Positions 36,935 through 46,643 of a stretch of DNA of 64,000 nucleotides are shown in pieces. The translations under genes were made by a program, and so were the position numbers. The stretch spans positions 288,001 to 352,000 of the forward strand of contig CAWFUG010000011.1 of assembly GCA_963818965.1 (NCBI GenBank), in the 5' to 3' direction. The first letter of the stretch is position 1. Each line of letters begins with the position of its first letter. The notes beneath the pieces are model-generated. The model searched no databases. It was not told where the DNA came from and worked only from the letters and a program-made list of their open reading frames with translations. This DNA comes from an uncultured Verrucomicrobiae bacterium. GTDB taxonomy: Bacteria; Chlamydiota; Chlamydiia; Chlamydiales; Rhabdochlamydiaceae.

Positions 36935-39900
36935 ATGAGCGTTAATCGAAAATCTTATCCTAACCGTTCCAAATCAGAACATCCTCATCCGGCCCAAGCC
37001 TCACGAACAAGAGCCCCCCATGGCAGGGAAGAAAACACCGCCCTAGCACAGCGGATCGACAAGCTCTTTACCCTTTCTAAAAAAAATGACACCGCCGAAT
37101 ATACGATCGATGAAATTTGCGTAAAACTCAATAGATACGATGACTTAAAGGCTGCCATCTGCTTCTTGGAAAAAATGGGGGTACCGATGGATGCCACTAT
37201 TCTCGAAAACCTCATGGAATGCGCTGCCAGGAACAATGATTTGGGCGCATTGAAGAGACTATTTAAAATGGGCAAGGACATCCTGAATGATAAACACCGC
37301 AACATTTTCCTTTTTCATGGGCAGCGTTTGGGTTGTGATGAAGTCGTGAGAGAAAACCTGGACTTTTTAAAAAATAAGGAGATCCCGCTAGGAGATACGT
37401 ATCTGTCCAGTTTGATGAACTCGGCTACCCGACTAAAAGACTTTCCCATTATGAAAAGACTGTACAAGATAGGGGAAAAAAGAGGTGCCTTAAACGAAAT
37501 CCACAAGTATCTTTACCTTTCTTTTGGAAGACGCTTCAATTACCCAGAAGTCTTAAACAAGGGGGTGAGCTGTGTAGCGAGCAAGCCATCACTGCACATT
37601 GATTTGTTAACTCAATTGCTGACTTTTGTTGGTGAATCCAATGTTAACAAAACCAAAAAATTTGAAATGCTACAAGAGCTCATTCAAATCGGAAAAGACA
37701 AAAAATCAGTAACAGCTCTTCATCAAAAAATTTTTCTCGATTCAGCAATTAAACTGAATCATCCTGAGGTTATAACCGAGGGCGTGAGTTTCTTAGCCTA
37801 CCAGAAGATAAACACCAGTCCATGGTATCTGTCTGAGCTGATGCATCTCACGGTCGAGTACAAACGGTTTGACTTATTGGTAGAGCTGTTCAAAATAGGA
37901 TTTAAAAAAGGAGTTTCAGATTCTAATCACTTAAATCTATTTCGTACACTCGCAATGAAATTCGGTACTGAGGAAGCAGAAAAAGCGGAACAGATCATAA
38001 AGGAAGAGAAAACACCTGCTTCTTGCAAACAACCGAGCTTCGTATTAAAAAAAGAACAGATCAATAAAGACGATCCCTTAATCCAACGGATCGATAAGCT
38101 CCTCCCTGCACCTGATTCAAAACGCTCACGGAACGTTTCCTATAGAATCGATGAGGTGCGTCGCCATCTCTATGAGTGCAAGACCCTAGCAGATGCGCTC
38201 TCTTTCTTAGAAAAGCACCACTTACCGATAGATCATATTACCCTCAATGCCCTCTTAAAATGCTGTACAAAAAGTGGCTCATTTGAGTACGCAGCTTATC
38301 TATTTGATCGAGGAAACGAGCTTAAGCTAGTAGAGATCATTCCCCATTCCATTTCATTCCTTGAGTGTGCTTACGCATCAGGTCATTACGCATGCGGAAA
38401 AGAGGAATTAGATCGTTTAATACAAAACGGGGAAATATTAACCCCTGCTGCACTCCATATTTTGATGAAATCTGCTGATAAAAACGGCGATTTTGAAGAG
38501 CTCCATGAGCTGTATAAAAGAGGACATATCATGAAAATTATCACTCCCTCTCATCGTCTGTTTTTTCTTTTGTCTGGATGTCGATTAGAGCGTCTGGAGG
38601 TCCTAAATGAAGGAATGTCTTTCTTAGAAAATGCGAGCACCCCGGTCACTCCAGACGATCTAACGCAGCTGATCCCTTTTTTTGGCAATACCGGCAATGT
38701 TAATCTATTAAAAATTCTTAGAAGTGGAGGGCGTAACAGAGGCATCCTCACTACAGAGCACGGAAAAAAGATTAGGCAATACATTCAACAAATCAAAGGA
38801 GATGGCGCGCCAGGGCTCCCACAGACTGTGGGATCGACAATAACACGTCGAGGAGCACCGCGTAAACAGCCCCAACCTACCCGACCCATTTTTGAAACCC
38901 GAACCCAGACGCAACCTAAACTCACCCATTGGAGCTCTGATGAGGAAGAGGGGGAAGTACGCGAGGAGAGAGGGCCTACTAGACCCATTTTTGAAACCCG
39001 AACCCAGACGCAACCTGAACCTACCCATTGGAGCTCTGACGAGGAAGAGGGGAAAGTGCGCGAGGAGAGAAGGCCTACTAGACCCATTTTTGAAACCCGA
39101 ACCCAGACGCAAGCTGACCCTACCCATTGGACCTCTGATGAGGAAGAGGGGGAAGTGCGCGAGGAGAGAGGGCCTACTAGACCCATTTTTGAAACCCAAA
39201 CCACTACTCAACTCGATCCCCTCCCTGTGTTTCCCAATGAAGAATCGGAGGAACTGAGCAGACAGATGGAAGCTGCAGCTGAGTTCCCCTGGTTTACAGC
39301 AATCAAAAAACTGTATGAAACAGGAAAAGGAAAAGGCATTCTAACCGATCAACACAAATCTCTGTTTCTTTTCTATGGGAAAAAGCACGGACATCACGAA
39401 GTCTTGAATGAAGGAGTGGGTTTTCTAGTAAACGAAAAACTGCTAAGTGCTAAAGAACTCAATGAACTATGCCAATTTGCTTTCAAAGCCGGTAACTTTG
39501 AAGCATTGCAAGAACTGATGGAAGTGGCAAAAGGTAGGGGCCAAGCGACCGACTTTTTCCGCAATCAATTTCTCACTCTGGCACTTGACCTCGGTCATCC
39601 CGAAGCGATCAACGAAGGGGTGAGTTTCTTGGCCAATAAAAGTATCCCTCTGCCTGCCTACCGTTTGCGCGGTCTCATGCACATAGCACGCACTTGCGAA
39701 AATTTTGAAATCTTGAAAGAGCTATTTGAAATAGGAATCGAAAGAAAGATCATCAATCCATTTGAGCACGACAATCTCCTGCTATTCTTCGGCTTTGCAG
39801 ACGAATTGGGTCATGCAGAAGAAGCTGAACAGATCATCGAAAAGGCAACGGGACAGATCGTAAGGAAGAAAACTTTAAGCAGCAATGCACTCTCCTCTAA

Positions 39901-40000
39901 TACGCAAACGACGACGACCACGACGACGACTCAAGCTAAAAGAGCTCGCGACAATGAAACCATAGCGAGCGATCCACAAGGGAAAAAAGCGCGCCGTTAA
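36935..40000 (+). CDS. Large PPR-like helical repeat protein with acidic tandem repeats and a basic tail (no Smr)
   Basis: Same repeat unit as the upstream paralogs (L..LM......GDF..L.ELF..G...GIL...H..FL); C-terminal poly-Thr, KRAR and GKKARR. Confidence 0.75.
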   Translation: MSVNRKSYPNRSKSEHPHPAQASRTRAPHGREENTALAQRIDKLFTLSKKNDTAEYTIDEICVKLNRYDDLKAAICFLEKMGVPMDATILENLMECAARNNDLGALKRLFKMGKDILNDKHRNIFLFHGQRLGCDEVVRENLDFLKNKEIPLGDTYLSSLMNSATRLKDFPIMKRLYKIGEKRGALNEIHKYLYLSFGRRFNYPEVLNKGVSCVASKPSLHIDLLTQLLTFVGESNVNKTKKFEMLQELIQIGKDKKSVTALHQKIFLDSAIKLNHPEVITEGVSFLAYQKINTSPWYLSELMHLTVEYKRFDLLVELFKIGFKKGVSDSNHLNLFRTLAMKFGTEEAEKAEQIIKEEKTPASCKQPSFVLKKEQINKDDPLIQRIDKLLPAPDSKRSRNVSYRIDEVRRHLYECKTLADALSFLEKHHLPIDHITLNALLKCCTKSGSFEYAAYLFDRGNELKLVEIIPHSISFLECAYASGHYACGKEELDRLIQNGEILTPAALHILMKSADKNGDFEELHELYKRGHIMKIITPSHRLFFLLSGCRLERLEVLNEGMSFLENASTPVTPDDLTQLIPFFGNTGNVNLLKILRSGGRNRGILTTEHGKKIRQYIQQIKGDGAPGLPQTVGSTITRRGAPRKQPQPTRPIFETRTQTQPKLTHWSSDEEEGEVREERGPTRPIFETRTQTQPEPTHWSSDEEEGKVREERRPTRPIFETRTQTQADPTHWTSDEEEGEVREERGPTRPIFETQTTTQLDPLPVFPNEESEELSRQMEAAAEFPWFTAIKKLYETGKGKGILTDQHKSLFLFYGKKHGHHEVLNEGVGFLVNEKLLSAKELNELCQFAFKAGNFEALQELMEVAKGRGQATDFFRNQFLTLALDLGHPEAINEGVSFLANKSIPLPAYRLRGLMHIARTCENFEILKELFEIGIERKIINPFEHDNLLLFFGFADELGHAEEAEQIIEKATGQIVRKKTLSSNALSSNTQTTTTTTTTQAKRARDNETIASDPQGKKARR
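38876..39202 (+). repeat. 99-bp coding tandem repeat, about 3.3 copies
   Basis: Units start at 38876, 38975, 39074 and 39173; they encode PTRPIFETRTQTQ...HWSSDEEEGEVREERG. Confidence 0.95.
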
Positions 40001-40019
40001 GACTCTTTGTGCTATAAGT

Positions 40020-40050
40020 GCCTGCCTTGTGCTTTACTAGGCAGGCTTTT
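40020..40050 (+). terminator. Probable intrinsic terminator
   Basis: GCCTGCCT-11 nt-AGGCAGGC followed by TTTT, just after the ORF 36935 stop. Confidence 0.5.
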
Positions 40051-40055
40051 CTTAC

Positions 40056-41588
40056 ATGCACCGAGCACTTACAGAGATCTTAAGATACCGCTCCTTCTTC
40101 TCCTCCTTCTGGGAGCGCCATCCTGCCCTTTTTTTGGGGTTCTCTAGTTTGTTGGGAACGGCTATAGCGATCCGCTCTCTCCCTCTCTCCTATCCCCTCA
40201 GCAGTATCTTCCTCTTTCTTCTCCTCTCTATCGAGAAGAAAAAACTCTTCATTTTAGCGGCCCTTTTCTTCCTTCTCGCCCTGGTGACCACACCCCTCCG
40301 CCACCCTGTCATTTCTCTTCCGCCGTCGAAAATCGAGGGGACGGGCCATTTTCACATCGAGACTATTAAACCCATGGCTTCCGCCTTTCACCGCTCACTT
40401 CTGTACAAGGGTAGGTTACTCTCCTTTCACACAAAGGAAGGCCTTCTTCTCCAAAACCTCCCCACTCATATCTACCTGCCCCTCAACGCCCCCCTTCCCA
40501 AGAACCCTTGCGACTATGCGATCGAAGGGACATTGCAGCAAAAGGGGGACCATTTTTTCGTTCTAAAGCCTCTTAAAAACACCGCCTGGAAGGAAATCGA
40601 AAATACCCACACCCTCTCCCTATGGCGCTACCAACTCAAACAGAAACTAAAAAATCTGATCAAAAAAGAGATCAAAGATAAATCAGCCCAAACACTCCTC
40701 TCCGCGCTGGCGACAGGAGATGTCGATGAGCGTCTGATCTCTTTAGAATTTGGCAAAATCGGACTCCAACACATCTTAGCCATCTCTGGCTTTCACTTTG
40801 CCCTCGTCGCCCTCTTTTTAAGGGGCATTTTCCGCTCCCTTTTCCCCTTCTCTTGGGGCTATAGCCTCTTGCTCTTATCTCTTACGGCTTACTATCTCTT
40901 TTTAGGGAATGCCCCCTCGATTCAAAGAGCCTATCTCGCAATCGCTTTCCTCATTCTCGGGAAGTTTTTCTCTTTGCGCCTTTCCGCACTCAATGCACTC
41001 GGCGCCGCGCTTCTCGTAGAAATAGCACTCAATCCCCTTTGCGTCACAGAACTCAGTTTTCAACTCACCTTTCTCTCTACCTTAGGGATCCTTCTCTTTT
41101 ATGCTCCTTTAAACGCCTTGTGTAAAAAGGGCTGGATCGAGCATTCCCCTTCCCAAATCGCGCAATTCTCTCTCTTTGAAAAACAGGGCTATCTCCTCTC
41201 TTGCTTCCTGCGCCAATCGCTTGCGATCAATTTAGCCGTAAGTCTCGTTTCTCTACCCGTGCTTTTGCACCTCTTCCACCGTTTTCCCCTTCTCAGCATC
41301 GCCTACAATCTCTTTTTTCCCCTCTGCATCTCTCTCTCTTTTTTGCTTTTATGTCTCGCCCTGAGCTTAATGCCCTTTTTCCCTCCGTTAAGCCACTGGA
41401 TCCATGCGCTCAACGACACCTGGACGACACACCTGCTCCACATCACTTCCAATCCCCCCGCCGCTCTCGATTTCATCCTCCGCACCGACCAGATCAGCTT
41501 CTCTTCTGCGGTAGTGATCTTAACGCTGATGCTCCTCCTGGCGATTCTCTTCCACGCGAGAACGCAGGCCTCTAAGAACCTATCCTAA
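40056..41588 (+). CDS. comEC: ComEC/Rec2 competence family membrane protein (no MBL domain)
   Basis: GLQHILAISGFH, PSIQRA, SFQLTFLS; multiple TM segments. Confidence 0.88.
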   Translation: MHRALTEILRYRSFFSSFWERHPALFLGFSSLLGTAIAIRSLPLSYPLSSIFLFLLLSIEKKKLFILAALFFLLALVTTPLRHPVISLPPSKIEGTGHFHIETIKPMASAFHRSLLYKGRLLSFHTKEGLLLQNLPTHIYLPLNAPLPKNPCDYAIEGTLQQKGDHFFVLKPLKNTAWKEIENTHTLSLWRYQLKQKLKNLIKKEIKDKSAQTLLSALATGDVDERLISLEFGKIGLQHILAISGFHFALVALFLRGIFRSLFPFSWGYSLLLLSLTAYYLFLGNAPSIQRAYLAIAFLILGKFFSLRLSALNALGAALLVEIALNPLCVTELSFQLTFLSTLGILLFYAPLNALCKKGWIEHSPSQIAQFSLFEKQGYLLSCFLRQSLAINLAVSLVSLPVLLHLFHRFPLLSIAYNLFFPLCISLSFLLLCLALSLMPFFPPLSHWIHALNDTWTTHLLHITSNPPAALDFILRTDQISFSSAVVILTLMLLLAILFHARTQASKNLS

Positions 41589-41658
41589 TATACCGAACGT
41601 GACTCAAGAATCGGGATTGGGCCGATTTGAGTATCAGAAATTTTATTAGGATAGGTTC
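41576..41658. repeat. GAACCTATCC-family element with 15-bp perfect TIR
   Basis: GAACCTATCCTAATA (41576-41590) / TATTAGGATAGGTTC (41644-41658); overlaps the comEC stop. Confidence 0.8.
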
Positions 41659-41720
41659 AAAGCCCTATCCCACTCTTAGTAACTTATAATTAGAGTGTTA
41701 CAATTTTTCTGGTCGGCGTT

Positions 41721-41749
41721 TTGACTATTATTGGATCTCATCCTATAAT
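41721..41749 (+). promoter_or_regulatory. Sigma70-type promoter, probably giving a leaderless mRNA
   Basis: TTGACT-17 nt-TATAAT-7 nt-ATG (41757). Confidence 0.65.
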
Positions 41750-41756
41750 AGCCAAT

Positions 41757-42959
41757 ATGTGGATACAACGCGATTTATTCCAGTTTTTGCAAAAGCATAC
41801 CGGGACTACGCTCCCTGTAAAAGTCCTAAGAGGCCCTAGGCAAGTAGGCAAGACCTCTTTGCTCAATCATTTGGGTACCCATAAGTTAGTTTTATTCGAC
41901 GATTTGAGTATCAGAAATTTTGCCCAAGAAAATCCTGCACTTTTTTTCGAAGAATTCACAGGCCCCCTTATTTTGGATGAGGCCACTCTCGCACCTCAAA
42001 TTTTCCCTGAGTTAAAAAGACGCATCGATATAGAACGGATGCGTCGTCAAAAAGAGGCTGTTCCCCTTTCATCCGATATCTGGATTACCGGCTCTAATCA
42101 GACGCTTTTGCAAAAAGAGGTACGTGAATCGCTAGCAGGTAGAGCTAATTATTTTCTCCTCAACACTCTGTCTATTCACGAATGGGAAAATAGCTTTTCC
42201 CAGCCCGTTTCTCTGCGCACAATGTTTATGCGAGGAGGTTGGCCCGAACTCCATGCCTCTCCAGAACTAAATCCGGTGCAATACCTCAACGATTTCATTG
42301 CGACTTTCATCGAAAAAGATATCGTCGCCGCAGCGGGCATTGAAAAAAGGGCGGCATTCAGTAAGACGTTGCAACTAGCAGCTGCTCGAGTTGCGCAACT
42401 TTTAAACTATTCAGACATAGCAAAAAATGTCGGAGTCGATACGACGACTGTCCAGGCATGGATTGCCTTATTGGAACAAAATGGTATCATACGTATTGTT
42501 CAACCTTACTATACCAATCTCAATCAAAGATTAATCAAAACTCCCAAAATTTATCTGGAAGATACGGGGCTCGCTGTCCGATTACAAGGATGGAGCGAAT
42601 TTGAGCCTGTGCTATTGAGCCCCTATTTTGGTAACTTGTTGGAAAATTTGGTCCTCGCTGAAATAACGCGCTTTTTCATCAACCGAGGTGTTCTGCCACA
42701 AGTTTATTTTGTGCGCTCCAAAGAACAAGTAGAAATAGACTTTTTGATCGAACTCCCCAATCAGCAATTCATTGCCATCGAAGTCAAAACAACTCCTGTG
42801 CCTATGAGCACTGCGCAGTTGTCTTTACTCGATTCTCTTAAGTTAAATATCGTAGAGAAATGGATCGTTTCCTCTACGGGATCTACAAACTTCGCTCATA
42901 CACGTCTTGTTCTCTACAACCAAATTTTCCAGAACCTCGAGAGAGTACACACTTCCTAA
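41757..42959 (+). CDS. AAA_14/DUF4143 ATPase with C-terminal PD-(D/E)xK-like motif
   Basis: GPRQVGKT, LILDE, ITGS, ESLAGR, GGWPE, KTPKIYLEDTG, EIDF...IEVK. Confidence 0.88.
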   Translation: MWIQRDLFQFLQKHTGTTLPVKVLRGPRQVGKTSLLNHLGTHKLVLFDDLSIRNFAQENPALFFEEFTGPLILDEATLAPQIFPELKRRIDIERMRRQKEAVPLSSDIWITGSNQTLLQKEVRESLAGRANYFLLNTLSIHEWENSFSQPVSLRTMFMRGGWPELHASPELNPVQYLNDFIATFIEKDIVAAAGIEKRAAFSKTLQLAAARVAQLLNYSDIAKNVGVDTTTVQAWIALLEQNGIIRIVQPYYTNLNQRLIKTPKIYLEDTGLAVRLQGWSEFEPVLLSPYFGNLLENLVLAEITRFFINRGVLPQVYFVRSKEQVEIDFLIELPNQQFIAIEVKTTPVPMSTAQLSLLDSLKLNIVEKWIVSSTGSTNFAHTRLVLYNQIFQNLERVHTS

Positions 42960-43035
42960 GAAAAGGAAATCTTGAAAAAAATAGCATCGAACCTGATGAT
43001 GGGGACTCGTCCACATATTTTAAAAGGGAACGATT

Positions 43036-44103
43036 ATGAAAAAGCGATATTTAGGACAGTGCGTATTCTGCTTCACGGCATTCTCTTTTTGTGCACATGC
43101 GGACGATCTGCCCGCATCGAGACAAGGACAAGAATCGAGCGGATTCGTCAACCCCTCGAGTCGCTTTGAAGTCGATCGAGGCTGGAACCTCTTTCTGAAT
43201 ACAGAATTTCTCTGGTGGGTCGCTAAAGAAGATGGACTCTACTACGCACAGAGCCGCTATAGCAATGAAGCAACTACTGCCATCCCTTCCGATGGGACGT
43301 TCGATTTCAAAGGCCACCTCCAAAGGGTCAAGCCCCTCTGGCAGCCCGCGTTCCGCTTAGGCTTTGGCGGAAATATGAGTTACGATGAGTGGGACCTCTT
43401 TTTGAACTGGACCTGGTTTTCCTCAGAAGCGAGAAATACGAGCAAAGGATCGCTCCTCGTGCTGTGGGGACACCCCGATATCGATGAAGTGGGATCTACT
43501 GCGAGAGCTGCCTATTATGCCAAAGGCAACTGGAACCTCCTCTACAATGTCCTCGATCTAGAGATGGGAAGATCATTCTGGGTCGGCAAACACTTCTCCC
43601 TACGCCCTTTTGTCGGCGTTCGCGGCGCTTGGATCGATCAACACTTTAAAGTGCGCTACCACTACGCGACAGCTCCGATGACGCATGGCCGTTTGAAGAT
43701 GAAATCTGACTTCGAAGGCGGTGGTGTCCGCGCCGGCGTCGATACCCGTTTTGCTCTTCTGAATGGATGGAGTTTTTACGGCATCGCTTCCGTTGCAGCG
43801 CTCTATGGTTTTTTCGACTGCGACTTTAGAGAAAACTGGCAAGGGACGCAGATCGCAAAGACCCGCGATGGATTCCACCAAGCGACGTCTGCCCTACAAA
43901 TGGCCTTCGGCGTCCGTTGGGATACTTATGTGCATCGAGACCGCTACCACTTCGGCATCTATGCAGGATGGGAACAGAATATTTGGTACGCTGTGAATAA
44001 GATGAACCACTACTTTAATTCCCTCGACCAAGGAAACCTCCAACAGCTCAATGCCGATCTCTGTCTCCAAGGAGGCACATTTGGCGTTCGTTTCGATTTT
44101 TAA
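43036..44103 (+). CDS. MOMP-like/Lpg1974-family outer membrane porin
   Basis: Signal peptide, FLWW, DLEMG.SF...SLRPF.G.R...IDQ, GWEQ, terminal Phe. Confidence 0.8.
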   Translation: MKKRYLGQCVFCFTAFSFCAHADDLPASRQGQESSGFVNPSSRFEVDRGWNLFLNTEFLWWVAKEDGLYYAQSRYSNEATTAIPSDGTFDFKGHLQRVKPLWQPAFRLGFGGNMSYDEWDLFLNWTWFSSEARNTSKGSLLVLWGHPDIDEVGSTARAAYYAKGNWNLLYNVLDLEMGRSFWVGKHFSLRPFVGVRGAWIDQHFKVRYHYATAPMTHGRLKMKSDFEGGGVRAGVDTRFALLNGWSFYGIASVAALYGFFDCDFRENWQGTQIAKTRDGFHQATSALQMAFGVRWDTYVHRDRYHFGIYAGWEQNIWYAVNKMNHYFNSLDQGNLQQLNADLCLQGGTFGVRFDF

Positions 44104-44112
44104 AGGAGCCCT

Positions 44113-45147
44113 ATGAGATTTATCGCTACTACAGCCTGCACACTGCTCTCCAGCACTTTGCTTTTCTCCCATAGCTCTTTTGAGCCAGACGACCGGGTGA
44201 ACTATTCGAGCAACTATCAAGTGGAAGCGGGGGTCGATCTCTTTGTCTCCGGAGACTACCTCTATTGGACCGCTCGAGAGGATGGACTCAATTACGCCCA
44301 CACGGGAAAAGGCAGCGGAACGGCGACGATCCCTGCGATACAGAATGGAAATTTCGATGGACACCTCAAAAAGGTCACCCCCGGCTGGGAAAGCGCCTAT
44401 CGCGTCGGCCTAGGATTGAATTTCCCGCGCTCTGGATTTGACCTCGTCGGGATATGGACCCATTTCGATTCCCATGCCAAACACTCGGTTCATTCTGCAG
44501 AGGGAACCCTCTTTCCCGTCTGGGCGCACCCCGATGCCGCAGCCACAGCAAATGCGACAAGTGCCCAGGGTAAATGGAACCTAGAGCTCAGCACTATCGA
44601 TATCGAATGCGGGAAATCCTCCTGGTTTGGAGGCGACTTCTCTTTAAGACCCTTTTTTGGCATCCGTTGGCTCTGGATCGATCAGACTCTCCGTAATCAC
44701 TACACCTATGCGACGAGCCCTGCTGTAACGGGAAGACTCCGTTCCGCTTCCGATTTTGAAGGGGGCGGCATCCGCGCAGGCGCTGATCTGCGCTACGCGT
44801 TCGGTGCCGGTTTTTCTCTGGGCGCTGTCGCCTCGGGAGCGCTACTCTATGGAGAAACAGGGACGCATTTTCGCCTGAAAGAAGGGGAAACACTCATCGC
44901 GAGTGCAAAAGATCATCCCCTGGAAGGGATGACCACCCTCCAGACGAGCCTAACGCTCGGCTGGGATGGCCATTTCTGCAGCGATCGGTGCCATTTAGAG
45001 CTACATATCGGCTGGGAACAGAACATCTATTTCGATGCCAACCGCATGAACCACTACCTCTCATTCATCGGCCAAGGCAACTACTTCCAGGAGAAGGGAA
45101 ACCTCTACCTCCAAGGACTCATCGCCGGTGGCCGATTCGACTTTTAA
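44113..45147 (+). CDS. MOMP-like/Lpg1974-family outer membrane porin (paralog)
   Basis: Same motifs as 43036-44103; ends RFDF. Confidence 0.8.
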   Translation: MRFIATTACTLLSSTLLFSHSSFEPDDRVNYSSNYQVEAGVDLFVSGDYLYWTAREDGLNYAHTGKGSGTATIPAIQNGNFDGHLKKVTPGWESAYRVGLGLNFPRSGFDLVGIWTHFDSHAKHSVHSAEGTLFPVWAHPDAAATANATSAQGKWNLELSTIDIECGKSSWFGGDFSLRPFFGIRWLWIDQTLRNHYTYATSPAVTGRLRSASDFEGGGIRAGADLRYAFGAGFSLGAVASGALLYGETGTHFRLKEGETLIASAKDHPLEGMTTLQTSLTLGWDGHFCSDRCHLELHIGWEQNIYFDANRMNHYLSFIGQGNYFQEKGNLYLQGLIAGGRFDF

Positions 45148-45845
45148 TGGGTATCTGTTGGGGGCGCGAGATCGAGCAGTTGGTATCTCGGGTGTTGGCC
45201 TTGTAGCACGAGTGTTACGTTGTCCCAATGTCTTGGATACATAGGAGTCCCACAAAGCTTCTGAAGGTTGGCCGGTGTACTACACCACATTGGCGAGCGA
45301 AAAGTAGGGACATGTTTTTGAAAAAATGTCGCAATGCACTTCTTATTTTCGTTTGCGCTGTCACAGATCAACATAGCAAAAAATAATCTGCCCTTTACAT
45401 CCCTTCCCATTCCAATCGGCTGTGTTTTTTCTTTAAAAATCTCTGGGAACTTAAAGTCTAAATTAAGATAGTCGTTGTCATAGTCCCCGATGTCGAGAAT
45501 CGGGTAACTGCGAATCTTCTCTTTCGCTCCAAAAGTGTCGATCACTTTTTGCAAACTCTCTGTGTATTCTTTATTCCCCTCCACAAAAACAGCGAAGAGA
45601 ATTCTGCCATGCTCATCCATATAAACTCGTTTTATGCTAGAGAGCGGCTCGCAGCAAGACTCATAGAATGCCGTGCACGTCAAAGCCAGACTGGACACTT
45701 TCCCGGCAAGGCCACGGAGCTCCTCTGGTGGGATCGGAAGAAGACTCTGCTCTTCGCAAGCGCTGATAGAATAGGGGGCCACAACAAAATCGAAACAATG
45801 GCAGAGTACCTCTCTAGGGAAATCGGAAATTGAAGCTGGTAACAT
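45144..45845 (-). CDS. F-box-like protein, copy 1
   Basis: N-terminal ISDFPREVLCHCFDFV...SSLALTC..FY. Confidence 0.6.
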   Translation of the reverse strand: MLPASISDFPREVLCHCFDFVVAPYSISACEEQSLLPIPPEELRGLAGKVSSLALTCTAFYESCCEPLSSIKRVYMDEHGRILFAVFVEGNKEYTESLQKVIDTFGAKEKIRSYPILDIGDYDNDYLNLDFKFPEIFKEKTQPIGMGRDVKGRLFFAMLICDSANENKKCIATFFQKHVPTFRSPMWCSTPANLQKLCGTPMYPRHWDNVTLVLQGQHPRYQLLDLAPPTDTH

Positions 45846-45938
45846 AAATTCTCCTGATTTTTACATAAATTTAACTAAGGCAACTATACTGCGCCCGGTC
45901 AGGCTCCAAGGACTCATCGCCGGTGGCCGATTCGAGTT

Positions 45939-46643
45939 TTAATGAGTGTCTGAATGAGTGTCTGTTGGAGGCATGAGATCGAGGAGTTGGTATCTCGGGT
46001 GTTGCCCTTGTAGCACGAGTGTTACGTTGTCCCAACTTTCTTCTCCCATAGGAGTATCGCAAAGCTTCGGAAGGTTTCCCGGTGTGCTACACCACAGTGA
46101 CCCCTTAGGCTGTCTCTGAAAAAATGTCGCAATGCGCTTCTCATTTTCATTCGCGCCGTCGCAAACCCACACAGCAAAAAATAGTCTGCCCATTATGTCC
46201 ATTCCCATTCCAATCGGCTGTGTTTTGTCTTTAAAAATTTCTGGGTAGTCACAATCAAGATCAGGATAGTCAGGGCGGTACTGCTCGATATCGAGAATGG
46301 GGTAACTGCGTATCTTCTCATTCCCTCCAAAAGTATCGATTATTTTTTGCAATTCTTGTGTGTATTCTTCTTTCCCCACCACAAAAACAGCTGCGAGAAT
46401 TCTGCCATGCTCATCCATATAAACTCGGTTTATGCTAGAGAGTGGCCCGCAGCAAGACTCATAGAATGTCGTGCACGTCAAAGCCAGACTGGACACTTTC
46501 CCGGCAAGGGCGCGGAGCTCCTCTGGTGGGATCGGAAGAAGACTCTGCTCTTCGCAAGCGCTGATAGAACAGGGCGCCACAACAAAATCGAAACAATGGT
46601 TAAGTATCTCTCTAGGGAGATCGGAAATTGAAGTTGGTAACAT
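45939..46643 (-). CDS. F-box-like protein, copy 2
   Basis: ISDLPREILNHCFDFV...SSLALTC..FY; tandem duplicate of 45144-45845. Confidence 0.6.
   Translation of the reverse strand: MLPTSISDLPREILNHCFDFVVAPCSISACEEQSLLPIPPEELRALAGKVSSLALTCTTFYESCCGPLSSINRVYMDEHGRILAAVFVVGKEEYTQELQKIIDTFGGNEKIRSYPILDIEQYRPDYPDLDCDYPEIFKDKTQPIGMGMDIMGRLFFAVWVCDGANENEKRIATFFQRQPKGSLWCSTPGNLPKLCDTPMGEESWDNVTLVLQGQHPRYQLLDLMPPTDTHSDTH

Noticed and set aside
38876..39202. Possible CRISPR array
   Set aside because: Contiguous in-frame 99-bp coding repeats without unique spacers; no cas genes in the window
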